NCBI GenBank assembly: GCA_949744905.1
Contig: CATKCE010000135.1
Coordinates: 15,888 to 79,887, forward strand
DNA length: 64,000 nucleotides
Source: an uncultured bacterium
GTDB lineage: Bacteria; Bacillota; Clostridia; Christensenellales; Pumilibacteraceae
Direction of reading: 5' to 3'
Both the position numbers and the translations under genes were made by a program. Each line of letters opens with the position of its first letter. Position 1 is the stretch's first letter. Below, one piece after another: positions 26,186 through 35,053 of the stretch. The notes under the pieces are model-generated. The model searched no databases. It had not been told where the DNA came from and was given only the letters and a program-made list of their open reading frames with translations.

Positions 26186-26347
26186 TTATTTTTTATCGTC
26201 TTTTTCGGCGGGAGGAGCGTCCGTCCGCGCTTTACGTTCTTCCTTGCGGCGGGCTTCATATTCCCGCTCTTTTTTTATCCTGAGCGCGCGCCACACGGCT
26301 ATCGCTACCGCGGCGACCGCGCACACAACTATTACCGCTATCTCCAT
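26186..26347 (-). CDS. possible small membrane protein (53 aa, below ORF-track cutoff)
   Basis: My translation is MEIAVIVVCAVAAVAIAVWRALRIKKEREYEARRKEERKARTDAPPAEKDDKK, one TM plus a charged tail. The ATG lies 4 nt after the YugP gene stop. Confidence 0.35.
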   Translation of the reverse strand: MEIAVIVVCAVAAVAIAVWRALRIKKEREYEARRKEERKARTDAPPAEKDDKK

Positions 26348-26350
26348 ACG

Positions 26351-27106
26351 TTACCTGTCCCTGTTGCGCGACATCATAAGCAGTGCGAAAAAGCGCAGGA
26401 ACTGCAATAGCGACATAAGAAAACTCACAACGTAAGTCATAGCCGCAGCGGTCAGCACCTTGCGCGACATAGCCGCTTCCTCGCTGGAAAAGAAATTTTC
26501 TTTCAGCTCTTTTTGCGCGCGACGGCTGGCGTCGAACTCCGTGGGAAGCGTGACCAGAGAAAACAGCAGGCTAAGTCCGAATATAATAAGTCCCGCCCAA
26601 ATAAATATTCTGCCGGTAACGGTGTAAGGAGACGCGAATCCGAACAGCATGCCTATAAGCAAAAGCGGAAACAGCATGCGGTTTGCAAAATTGACCACCG
26701 GCACCAACCTTATACGAAGCGTGGAAAAGAAATACTTTTTCGCGTGCTGTATAGCGTGTCCCGCCTCGTGGCAAGCCACGCCGATAGCGCTTATCGAACG
26801 CGAACCGTAAACCGAATCCGACAACGACAACGTATTGTTAACCGGGTTAAAGTTATCGGTAAGATGCCCCGACACCCGAGCGATCTGCACGGAATACAGT
26901 CCGTTTCTATCGAGTATCTTACGCGCGACTTCCGCCGCCGTAAGTCCGCAGTTAGCCGGCACGGCGCATTTGTTGAACGTTGAGCCGACCTTGATCTGCG
27001 CTATCACTCCGGCTACGGTAAGCGGGATAAACAACGCGATGACAATAAGATAAAAACGATATTCGGGACTGCAAGACATCCAAAAATCGCGCAACATGTC
27101 CAACAT
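26351..27106 (-). CDS. YugP-type putative neutral zinc metallopeptidase (Zn_peptidase_2)
   Basis: 251 aa, membrane-associated, HEAGHAIQH zinc motif. Confidence 0.85.
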   Translation of the reverse strand: MLDMLRDFWMSCSPEYRFYLIVIALFIPLTVAGVIAQIKVGSTFNKCAVPANCGLTAAEVARKILDRNGLYSVQIARVSGHLTDNFNPVNNTLSLSDSVYGSRSISAIGVACHEAGHAIQHAKKYFFSTLRIRLVPVVNFANRMLFPLLLIGMLFGFASPYTVTGRIFIWAGLIIFGLSLLFSLVTLPTEFDASRRAQKELKENFFSSEEAAMSRKVLTAAAMTYVVSFLMSLLQFLRFFALLMMSRNRDR

Positions 27107-27229
27107 GCCTTTTACCTCCGACGGAATTTCCGATTTGGACTATTATAACATAACACGTCCGACAAAAACAAGGTTTTTGTATCGCTGTCGCGATATTTAT
27201 TTGTCGAACGCAATGCTCCGCCGCCGTTT

Positions 27230-27817
27230 TTAAGCAAAAAACTTTTTCATTATGCTCAAAAACTCTCCGACTTCGGCTTCATCCAACGAAGATATATAAT
27301 CGTTGAGTTTTTTATAGTTGTCGGTCTCGCTGCCGGCGACAACCGTTTCTTTGATATACGGGTTGTAATAATTGCCGCCGCGCGCTCCTATGCGCCGCAT
27401 CACTTCGGTCACTTTTTCGCGGTGGTGGAGTATCATGCTGCGATATTTGTTCTGCAATCTCAACGCCTTTTTCGCGTCTCCATTCGACATATCGGCGATA
27501 ACGCGGCGCACCGATACGCCGTTGGCTTTGCCCGCAAGCACCCGCTCCAAAAGCTCGTCTATCTCGTTCTGGTCAAAAAGTTCGAACCGCTCGCGCGCGG
27601 AATCCACAAGCTCTATACCGAGGTCGGCGGCAAGCGACGGCACGAGCTCGAACATTTTAAGCTGGCTGTAATAATAATTGCGGACGCTATTGATACTGCG
27701 TCCGGTTTTTTCGCTCATGGTCGAAAAAGCCCACACTAGTCCGCGATCTTTTTCCTTTGCCTCACGCGCCAGCGAAAACAAACTTTTCGTCTGCTCTATG
27801 GTCCAGTTATTTTCCAT
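27230..27817 (-). CDS. hypothetical protein with Myb/SANT-like (RsfA-like) N-terminal repeat
   Basis: GGAGGG SD. WTIEQTKSLFSLAREAKEKDRGLVWAFSTMSEKTGRSINSVRNYYYSQLK resembles Myb-like HTH spacing. This is a weak call. Confidence 0.55.
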   Translation of the reverse strand: MENNWTIEQTKSLFSLAREAKEKDRGLVWAFSTMSEKTGRSINSVRNYYYSQLKMFELVPSLAADLGIELVDSARERFELFDQNEIDELLERVLAGKANGVSVRRVIADMSNGDAKKALRLQNKYRSMILHHREKVTEVMRRIGARGGNYYNPYIKETVVAGSETDNYKKLNDYISSLDEAEVGEFLSIMKKFFA

Positions 27818-27903
27818 GTAAATATGTCCCTCCGAATTTTAATGCTACTCGCAATAATAGCCAAACCGTCATTTTTTTATACGTAAAAACATAAATATAT
27901 TGC

Positions 27904-28458
27904 ATGGAATCGGTGCTTCATTTCACTGCGGACAACAGCGTGCTTTTATTAAACGGCTCGTTCGTACAAGCGGCGGCGGCGGTGCGTTACGAATACAACG
28001 AGCCGCTTTTCGTTACCGTGTTGCCCCTCGACGCGGCGTATTTGCCGTACACGGTAGAAATACTCGGAGGCAAAGCGGTAACAAACGCCAATCTCGCCGT
28101 TTGTTGCGACATGGGCGGAGGACATTACTATATTGAACTGCGTCCCCGCTACGCTTACGTGTATTCCCCCTCCGAGCGTCCCGCGCCGAAAAGCGACAAT
28201 CTTCCCGCGCGCCTTTCGGTATTAGTGCAGGAACACAACTACGACGCCGCCCGCACGATGCTTACCGCCTCGCTCAATGATTCGGTATCGGACGACGCTC
28301 TCGCCGATTTTTTCGACGGAGTGGTAGCCGTGCGCGAAAACACTTTCACTCCGCAAAAAGGATATCTTCTTATCAAAAACGACGGCACCGCCTCGCGGTG
28401 CGACATGGTGATAAAAAACGGCCTGATAGAAAACATAATAATGCACGACGAAACGTAA
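27904..28458 (+). CDS. hypothetical protein
   Basis: 184-aa ORF with native-like composition, divergent from the previous gene. No SD is seen and no family recognised. Confidence 0.5.
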   Translation: MESVLHFTADNSVLLLNGSFVQAAAAVRYEYNEPLFVTVLPLDAAYLPYTVEILGGKAVTNANLAVCCDMGGGHYYIELRPRYAYVYSPSERPAPKSDNLPARLSVLVQEHNYDAARTMLTASLNDSVSDDALADFFDGVVAVRENTFTPQKGYLLIKNDGTASRCDMVIKNGLIENIIMHDET

Positions 28459-28612
28459 AGCCCGTACCGTAACGATATATCTAAACGCTGCATCAAACAG
28501 GAAAAGAACATAAAACGCTTTTCTTGTTTTTTTATTTTATATGTGATATACTCAATAAAAAACATGCCGCAAGTTTAAGCGGCAAAGACGCGCGTAGCAA
28601 GGAACGCTCAAA

Positions 28613-29173
28613 ATGAACGAAATATTGAAATTTACCGACAGAACGGAATTCAGACAGTGGTTGTCCGACCATTGCGCGTCCGCCGACGGCGTATGGCTTT
28701 TATTCGGAAAAGACGGCGGTAAAAAAACGTTGAAAGCCGAGGAAGCTCTCGAAGAAGCGCTCTGCTTCGGATGGATAGACGGGCAGATAAAGCGTCTGGA
28801 CGATAAAACGTATAAAAAATATTTTTCAATGCGCAGAGCAAACAGCAATTGGTCCGAAAAGAACAAAAAAACGGTCGAAAGTCTTGAAAAGCGCGGACTC
28901 ATGACCGAATACGGCAGAGAAAAAATAGCGGAAGCACACAAAAACGGCAAGTGGGACCAACCCCGCCCCGCAGCTGTGACGGAAGAACAGATAGCCGTCT
29001 TATCAAATTCGCTTAAAAACTACGAGACCGCACACGCAAACTTTTCCTCTATGCCGTTATCGGTAAAGAAAACTTACACGCGGGCGTATTTCGACGCCAA
29101 GACGGACGCAGGACGGGAAAAACGAATGGCATGGATAGTAGACCGTCTAAACAAAAACCTAAAGCCCATGTAA
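28613..29173 (+). CDS. YdeI/OmpD-associated family protein
   Basis: FRQWLSDHCASADGVWLLFGKDGG...EEALCFGWIDGQIKRLDDKTYKKYFSMRRANSNWSEKN matches the YdeI family pattern. Confidence 0.8.
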   Translation: MNEILKFTDRTEFRQWLSDHCASADGVWLLFGKDGGKKTLKAEEALEEALCFGWIDGQIKRLDDKTYKKYFSMRRANSNWSEKNKKTVESLEKRGLMTEYGREKIAEAHKNGKWDQPRPAAVTEEQIAVLSNSLKNYETAHANFSSMPLSVKKTYTRAYFDAKTDAGREKRMAWIVDRLNKNLKPM

Positions 29174-29249
29174 AAAACATACTGTCTTTTATGATAAAAC
29201 GCCCCTTTCGGAGCGTTTTTTTACATTCTTTGTTTTTTCCGGAAAAAAT

Positions 29250-30242
29250 TTAATTCTGCGCGTACTTGGTTCCCTTAAACGCGTCGGGCGCTATCTTATC
29301 GGACGAAATATCCGCAGGAAGCGTTACCTCCGCCAAAAGCGTGCAGTTTTCAAACGCCGAGGCGTCCACAGCCGAAACCGAAGAAATGTCGACGGACTCT
29401 ATTTTGCGGCAACCGTAAAACGCGTACGCGCGCACCCTTTTAAGAGCCGAAAGATCGACGTCCGTAAGAGCCGAACAGCCGTAAAAAGCGCTCGCGCCGG
29501 TATCGATCACTCCCGTCAAATTTATTTTGGCAAGCCTCATATCTCCCGCAAAGGCGGAAGCCCCTATATGATTTAAGCCGTCGGGTAAAGTGACGCTTAC
29601 AAGCGACGTGCATTTTTGAAAAGCTCCGTCGGATAATTTTTCCACTCCGTCGGGAATAGTCGCCGATACGAGTTCGGAGCAGTTGTAAAACGCGTTCGCG
29701 CCTATCGTTTTCAAGGTAAACGGCAGTTCGACTTCGGTCATAGCCGTACAATTGTAAAACGCTCCGCCTCCGATATATTCTATACCCTCGTTAAGCACCG
29801 CTTTTTTCAAAACGGTATTGTTTTGCGGAGACTGTTTTTTGAACGCGCCCGCGGCTATCCCCTTTACGAGTTTGCCCTCGTAAACGTTTGCGACTACCAC
29901 CGTGCCTGCCGTCACGCTGTCCGGAACGGAAGCAAGTTCGTAAGCCGAACCGTCGGCGGTAAGAGAATATTTAAGCCCCGTCGTGGGCTCTGCGGACCCG
30001 CATATAATGCACTCGCCGTCGTCGAATTCATGTTCGAACGTAGGATCGACGGCGCACGTTTCGACTTCTCCGCACGAACATCTACGCGTTTTTTCTCCGT
30101 ATTCGTAACAGGTAGATTCTTGATCTACCGTCCAATCGCCGAAAGAATGGACGTGGTTCTTCGATCCGTCGCCGCAAGCGCCGAATATCATCAACACCGT
30201 TACTGCAAGCGCCGCCGCAAGCGGAAATATTTTTCTTTTCAT
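29250..30242 (-). CDS. BspA-type leucine-rich-repeat surface lipoprotein with N-terminal Cys-rich module
   Basis: Lipobox (IFGACGD). Repeats of the form IGxxAFxxCxxLxxVxLP (LRR_5 type). The N-terminal module is HVHSFGDWTVDQESTCYEYGEKTRRCSCGEVE...CIICGS. Confidence 0.8.
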   Translation of the reverse strand: MKRKIFPLAAALAVTVLMIFGACGDGSKNHVHSFGDWTVDQESTCYEYGEKTRRCSCGEVETCAVDPTFEHEFDDGECIICGSAEPTTGLKYSLTADGSAYELASVPDSVTAGTVVVANVYEGKLVKGIAAGAFKKQSPQNNTVLKKAVLNEGIEYIGGGAFYNCTAMTEVELPFTLKTIGANAFYNCSELVSATIPDGVEKLSDGAFQKCTSLVSVTLPDGLNHIGASAFAGDMRLAKINLTGVIDTGASAFYGCSALTDVDLSALKRVRAYAFYGCRKIESVDISSVSAVDASAFENCTLLAEVTLPADISSDKIAPDAFKGTKYAQN

Positions 30243-30254
30243 TGCAATATCCTC

Positions 30255-31316
30255 CTAAAACAGCGTGCGAACGGCGGCCACGTCTCCGTCGGTAATCTCG
30301 AATTCCATTATGTTGCGGTTCGTATTCTGCATGGCAACATAGTATTTGCCGTCAAACGCGCTCATGTAGTACGGGATACCGTTGCCTCCGAACAAATGCG
30401 TTATGTTCTCGAATTCGTAATTTTTAAGTCCCGCAAGGTCGCGCGTGCGCAAAATCGCGGCATTGGCGCTCTGTTCTTGCGCCGACTGTCCCGAAACCGT
30501 TATGTACCAGTATCCGTCGGCTTTCATGATATTTACCATACTGCGCATCACGTCCGGCACATAAAAACGCTCGGCGACTTTGAGATCGGCGTTGCTTTTG
30601 ACGAGTTCCTCCGTCTCCACCCGCAGAATGTTGTTGTTGCCCGAAACAAAATACACCGAACCGTCTATTATGGAGAACGACCGCACATACGCTCCGTCGA
30701 GTTCGGCGACGCTCAGCGTTTTTTCATGCGTCGCTTTGCCGTCGGCGCAACCGAAAACATATATTTCGCCTGTCATGGACACAAGTCCGTAAAATTTCTT
30801 TGTCGCCGCGTCGTAAACAACGTAATGGGGACGGCATTTTTCCGACATATCCGCAGACGGCGAATGGTCGCACACCTTGAACTCGTTAATCTTTTCAAAC
30901 GTTCCGTCCGATTTTTTGACAAACGCCGCAAACTTCTCGTTATCGGTATCGTCAATCATGTAATATTGTCCGTCGCCCGCCACCGAATGCCCGCGGTTTA
31001 TTCCGCTTGCCATGACTTTCCACTCGCCGAGCGGCGCGTCGAGCTTATCGGAATATATTATCTGACCGTTGTAGCCGTCCTCGATAAAATACTCGTCGCC
31101 TATCTTCACTATCTGCGCCGCCGTGTTGAGCGCGGAGTGCGGATTGGTCGCCGCGCGCGACGCATGTCCCAAGCCCTTTACGGCGCTTATATCGCCGCCG
31201 CCCGCAAACACGACTCCCGCAGCGGCTAAAAGCAGGCTAAAAAACACGACAAACGCCGCAACCGTAAGCCGGCGAGCAGTTTTTCCATCATTACCGTAAA
31301 TTTTCGTATTCATCAT
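30255..31316 (-). CDS. hypothetical membrane-anchored protein (beta-rich ectodomain)
   Basis: In ORF 30255..31334 I moved the start to the ATG at 31316, because the consensus promoter occupies 31323-31351. There is an N-terminal TM, and the gene sits 12 nt upstream of the LRR gene. Confidence 0.6.
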   Translation of the reverse strand: MMNTKIYGNDGKTARRLTVAAFVVFFSLLLAAAGVVFAGGGDISAVKGLGHASRAATNPHSALNTAAQIVKIGDEYFIEDGYNGQIIYSDKLDAPLGEWKVMASGINRGHSVAGDGQYYMIDDTDNEKFAAFVKKSDGTFEKINEFKVCDHSPSADMSEKCRPHYVVYDAATKKFYGLVSMTGEIYVFGCADGKATHEKTLSVAELDGAYVRSFSIIDGSVYFVSGNNNILRVETEELVKSNADLKVAERFYVPDVMRSMVNIMKADGYWYITVSGQSAQEQSANAAILRTRDLAGLKNYEFENITHLFGGNGIPYYMSAFDGKYYVAMQNTNRNIMEFEITDGDVAAVRTLF

Positions 31317-31322
31317 GATATG

Positions 31323-31351
31323 ATTATATATCAACCGCGGCTATTTGTCAA
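31323..31351 (-). promoter_or_regulatory. consensus promoter TTGACA-17-TATAAT ending 6 nt before ATG (leaderless-type)
   Basis: Minus strand reads TTGACAaatagccgcggttgataTATAATcatatcATGATG. Confidence 0.55.
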
Positions 31352-31523
31352 TAGTTATCGCGTACACGAGTACGGAACGCAATTGCGGCAAATTCGTCTT
31401 AAGGACAAAAACCACAAAAATTCAAAAAACCCCACGCAATCGGTCAACAAAATCAGTCATTTCGGTTGCCAAACTTTATACTATATGATACAATGATTGT
31501 ACAATACCGGAGGTAAAAATTCA

Positions 31524-32786
31524 ATGGCAAACGAAAATAAAATTCTCAACGCCTACGACCTTGCAAAAGAAGCGTATAAGGACTTCGGCGTGGACACCGA
31601 CAAAGCTATCGAAAAGCTTCGCGCCACCCGCATTTCGCTTCACTGCTGGCAAGTAGACGATATAAAAGGCTTCGAGGAAGGGCAGGCCGAAAGCCAGAAC
31701 GTGGTGACCGGCAACTATCCGGGAGCCGCCCGCAATTCCGCCGAAGTCAAGCAGGACCTTGCATACGTGTTCTCGCTTGCTCCCAGCGGCAGAAAAATAA
31801 ACGTGCACTCGGTCTACGCCGAGCCCAAAAAGCCCACGAGCCGCGAAAAACTCGACGTTACGGCGTTTGAAGGCTGGATAGACTGGGCAAAAGAAAACAA
31901 CGCCGGCATAGACTACAACGGCTCGTTCTTCGCGCACAAGATGATGGACGGCACGCTTTCGCTCACCAGCTCCAAAAAGGAAGTGCGCGATTTCTGGATA
32001 GAGCATCTTAAATCCACCCGCGAGACCGCGTACAACATCGGCAAAAAACTTAACGACGTATGCGTGCTCAACACCTGGATACCCGACGGACTCAAAGATA
32101 ATCCCGCCGACCGCGCATACTGGCGCGAACTGCTTATCGACAGCCTTGACAAGGGATTCGAGAAAAAATACGACAAAAAGCACCTTGTGGACGCGTTGGA
32201 AGGCAAGTTGTTCGGAATAGGGACCGAATGCTTTGTAGCCGGAAGTTACGACTTTTATCTCGCGTACGCAATGAAGAACAATCTCGGCATCTGCCTCGAC
32301 AGCGGTCACTACCACCCCACCGAGCAGATAGCCGATAAATTCAGCGCGCTCAAATTCTTCTTCGAAGATATCCTCCTCCACGTGAGCCGCGGCGTCCGTT
32401 GGGACAGCGACCACGTCGTGATAGACGACGACTCGCTCACTTCCATTATGACCGAAGCAAAGCGCGCGGATCTGCTCGGAAGTAAACACTTCCACATAGG
32501 ACTCGATTACTTCGACGCGAGCATAAACCGCGTATACGCGTCGGCGGTTGGCATGAGAGCCGCGTCCCGCGCCATGCTCCGCGCTATTTTGGAACCCACC
32601 GACATGATAAAAGCGGCGGAACTCAAAGGCGACTACTCCGAGCGTCTCGCGCTCAGCGAAGAAGCAAAAGCGCTTCCTTTCAACGCCGTATGGGATATGG
32701 CTTGTCTTAAAGCGGGCGTACCCGTGGGCAAAGACTGGCTCCAATCGGTGCGCGACTACACCGCAAAATATATTTCCAAACGCTGA
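31524..32786 (+). CDS. rhaA: L-rhamnose isomerase
   Basis: GGAGG SD. ISLHCWQVDD and the overall 420-aa RhaA pattern. The promoter TTGCCA-17-TACAAT at 31466-31494 overlaps the palindrome TACAATgATTGTA. Confidence 0.9.
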   Translation: MANENKILNAYDLAKEAYKDFGVDTDKAIEKLRATRISLHCWQVDDIKGFEEGQAESQNVVTGNYPGAARNSAEVKQDLAYVFSLAPSGRKINVHSVYAEPKKPTSREKLDVTAFEGWIDWAKENNAGIDYNGSFFAHKMMDGTLSLTSSKKEVRDFWIEHLKSTRETAYNIGKKLNDVCVLNTWIPDGLKDNPADRAYWRELLIDSLDKGFEKKYDKKHLVDALEGKLFGIGTECFVAGSYDFYLAYAMKNNLGICLDSGHYHPTEQIADKFSALKFFFEDILLHVSRGVRWDSDHVVIDDDSLTSIMTEAKRADLLGSKHFHIGLDYFDASINRVYASAVGMRAASRAMLRAILEPTDMIKAAELKGDYSERLALSEEAKALPFNAVWDMACLKAGVPVGKDWLQSVRDYTAKYISKR

Positions 32787-32863
32787 ACAAAAATATCATA
32801 ACATGTGGCAAAGCCGCACATCCGGCGGCTTTGCCTCTTTTATTTGATCGAGAGGTAACAATA

Positions 32864-34264
32864 ATGGATAAAAGAGTTCTTGCGATAGACTTCGGAGCGA
32901 CCAGCGGACGCGCGATGCTGTGCACATACGACGGTGACAAGATAGATATAAAAGAGTTGCACCGCTTTGACAACAGTCCCGTAATGATAGACGGCGTATT
33001 GTACTGGGACATTTTGCGGCTGTATCACGAACTTAAAACCGGAATAGTAAAAGCGAAACTTGCCGGCGGATTCGACAGCATAGGCATAGACACCTGGGGC
33101 GTCGACTTCGCTCTTATAGACAAAAACGGCAAAATGCTTTCAAACCCCGTTCATTACCGCGACCGCCGCACCGAAAAAATGCAGGAAGAAGTCTTCGGTA
33201 TTATAAGCAAGGAAGAAATCTACAAGGCCACCGGCATACAGTTTTTGGACTTTAATACCATATATCAGCTGATGTACGTAAAAAACCACTGCCCCGACGA
33301 ATACGAGCGCGCCGACAAATTTATAATGATACCCGACTTGCTCGCCTACTTCCTCACCGGCACAAAGGCTTGCGAACGCACCATTGCGTCTACCGGACAG
33401 CTCGTAGACCCGCGCACCGGCGATTGGGCATGGGAACTGATCGATAAACTCGGACTGCGCCGGGAGCTTTTCCCGAAGATAATCGACAGCGGAAGTTCTT
33501 ACGGAATGCTCGGCAAAGATATCTGCGATGAGTTGCAGGTCGAGTCCGTTCCCGTAATTGCCGTGTGCTGTCACGACACCGCGTCGGCGGTAGTGTCCGT
33601 CCCCTCGGAAAGCGATAACTTCGCGTATATAAGTTGCGGAACGTGGAGCCTATTGGGCACCGAGCTCAAAAAACCGTTGTTCGACTGCCCCGACTATACC
33701 AACGAAATAGGACACGACCGCACGATACGGTACCTTAAAAACATCATGGGCTTGTGGATAATAAACGAGAGCAAGCGAGCATGGGATAAACAAGGAATAT
33801 CTCTCGGCTACGGCGAAATAGCCGCTCTTGCCGAAAAGGAAGAAGGCGGCAGATTCATTTTCGACGTGAACGACGACGAATTCATGTATCCCGGCGACAT
33901 GCCCGAGCGTGTGCGCAACTGGTTTATTTCACGCGGCAAACCCGCTCCCGAAGGCGTGGGTCAAATCGCCCGCTCGATATACGACAGTTTAGCCGAATGT
34001 TACCGCGAAGCGACCGACGGTCTTGTCAAGCTCACCGGAAAAAAGAACGCTATGCACATGATAGGCGGCGGAATAAACGCCACGCTTTTATGCAGGCTTA
34101 CCGCAAACGCCACCCGCCTGCCGGTGTACGCCGGTCCGAGCGAAGCTACGGTAATAGGTAACGCCGCCGTACAGCTTATGGCTATAAAGGCGGTAAAAGA
34201 TCTTAAAGAAGCGCGCAAAATAATAAAACGCAGCGTTTCTCTCAAAGAATATCTGCCCGAATGA
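32864..34264 (+). CDS. rhaB: rhamnulokinase (FGGY family)
   Basis: I chose the start at MDKRVLAIDFGATSGRAM (GAGAGG SD). This is an FGGY kinase downstream of rhaA. The GIDTWGVDF motif is present. Confidence 0.88.
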   Translation: MDKRVLAIDFGATSGRAMLCTYDGDKIDIKELHRFDNSPVMIDGVLYWDILRLYHELKTGIVKAKLAGGFDSIGIDTWGVDFALIDKNGKMLSNPVHYRDRRTEKMQEEVFGIISKEEIYKATGIQFLDFNTIYQLMYVKNHCPDEYERADKFIMIPDLLAYFLTGTKACERTIASTGQLVDPRTGDWAWELIDKLGLRRELFPKIIDSGSSYGMLGKDICDELQVESVPVIAVCCHDTASAVVSVPSESDNFAYISCGTWSLLGTELKKPLFDCPDYTNEIGHDRTIRYLKNIMGLWIINESKRAWDKQGISLGYGEIAALAEKEEGGRFIFDVNDDEFMYPGDMPERVRNWFISRGKPAPEGVGQIARSIYDSLAECYREATDGLVKLTGKKNAMHMIGGGINATLLCRLTANATRLPVYAGPSEATVIGNAAVQLMAIKAVKDLKEARKIIKRSVSLKEYLPE

Positions 34265-34297
34265 TTTTGCGGAAAAAACTTCTTAAATTCTATTTTT

Positions 34298-34340
34298 CAA
34301 AACAAGACGTCTGTTGCGGATACGGACGTCTTGTTTTTTG
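34298..34340 (+). terminator. intrinsic terminator after rhaB
   Basis: CAAAACAAGACGTCtgttgcggatacgGACGTCTTGTTTTTT. Confidence 0.7.
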
Positions 34341-34394
34341 AAACGACAATATAATACGCTTCCGGGCAGTCGACATAAAAATGCGTTTTGCGTC

Positions 34395-34423
34395 TTGACA
34401 AATATCCGCAACTGTGATATCCT
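34395..34423 (+). promoter_or_regulatory. ssrA promoter TTGACA-17-(TGa)TATCCT
   Basis: TTGACAaatatccgcaactgtgaTATCCT, ending ~10 nt before the tmRNA 5' end. Confidence 0.55.
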
Positions 34424-34433
34424 AAGTATCCTC

Positions 34434-34807
34434 GGGGGTGTACCGGCTTCGACGGGTCGGCGCGGTACGGGAAAAGCATGCGGCAGGGTCGGCTGCCTCA
34501 AAAACGCGAACAAAATTAAACGCTAACAATCAAAAAGCGGTAAGCGCTCCCGCGCTTGCCCTCGCAGCTTAATCATATAGCTGTCGCCGTTCGCATCCGG
34601 TCCGCTTGGGTGCAAAACGGTGTCAACATCAAGGCGGCGTAGTTTGGGCGGGTCGTTTTTGCTCGCCCGAACGAAATCCTTAAAAACTCGCGGCATAAAG
34701 ATTTGCTGTTTGCTCTTTTGTCGTTAAACCTTTGCAAAAAGCTAAGCATGTAGAAAGCCCGCGCTAAACCGATTCGGAAATGGGTTCAACTCCCATCACC
34801 TCCACCA
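34434..34807 (+). ncRNA. ssrA: tmRNA (transfer-messenger RNA)
   Basis: The 5' GGGGGUGUACCGGCUUCGACGGG pairs with the 3' ...GGGUUCAACUCCCAUCACCUCCACCA, giving an acceptor stem with a G3:U pair. The internal tag ORF GCU AAC AAU ... GCA GCU UAA (34522-34572) encodes ANNQKAVSAPALALAA. Confidence 0.93.
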
Positions 34808-34889
34808 GTGTCGTTAAAGTTTGAACACCTAAAAACGGAATACATTTTCGTGAACGGTGTCGCAGGCTTTATCGCATACCAATAAGGAA

Positions 34890-34921
34890 AAAGCACAGGG
34901 CAAACAGCCTTGTGCTTTTTC
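34890..34921. terminator. intrinsic terminator downstream of ssrA
   Basis: AAAAAGCACAGGGCaaacaGCCTTGTGCTTTTT. Confidence 0.6.
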
Positions 34922-34951
34922 TATGTCCCTACCCAGAGACCCAGCGGAGCG

Positions 34952-35035
34952 TTAAAACGGCAAGTCGCTGTCGTCGTCTATCGGTATGAGCGTAGTCGGC
35001 TTTTTTAATTCGCCCGTGTGTTTGCTTACGGGCAT
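34952..35035 (-). pseudogene. relic of an SSB (single-stranded DNA-binding protein) C-terminal tail
   Basis: The short frame reads ...KKPTTLIPIDDDSDLPF-stop. SSB proteins end in an acidic D-D-D-(I/L)-P-F tip (B. subtilis PIDISDDDLPF). Only ~27 codons are open, and a TGA lies just upstream. Confidence 0.35.
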
Positions 35036-35053
35036 TTCCTTGCTTAATCAAAA

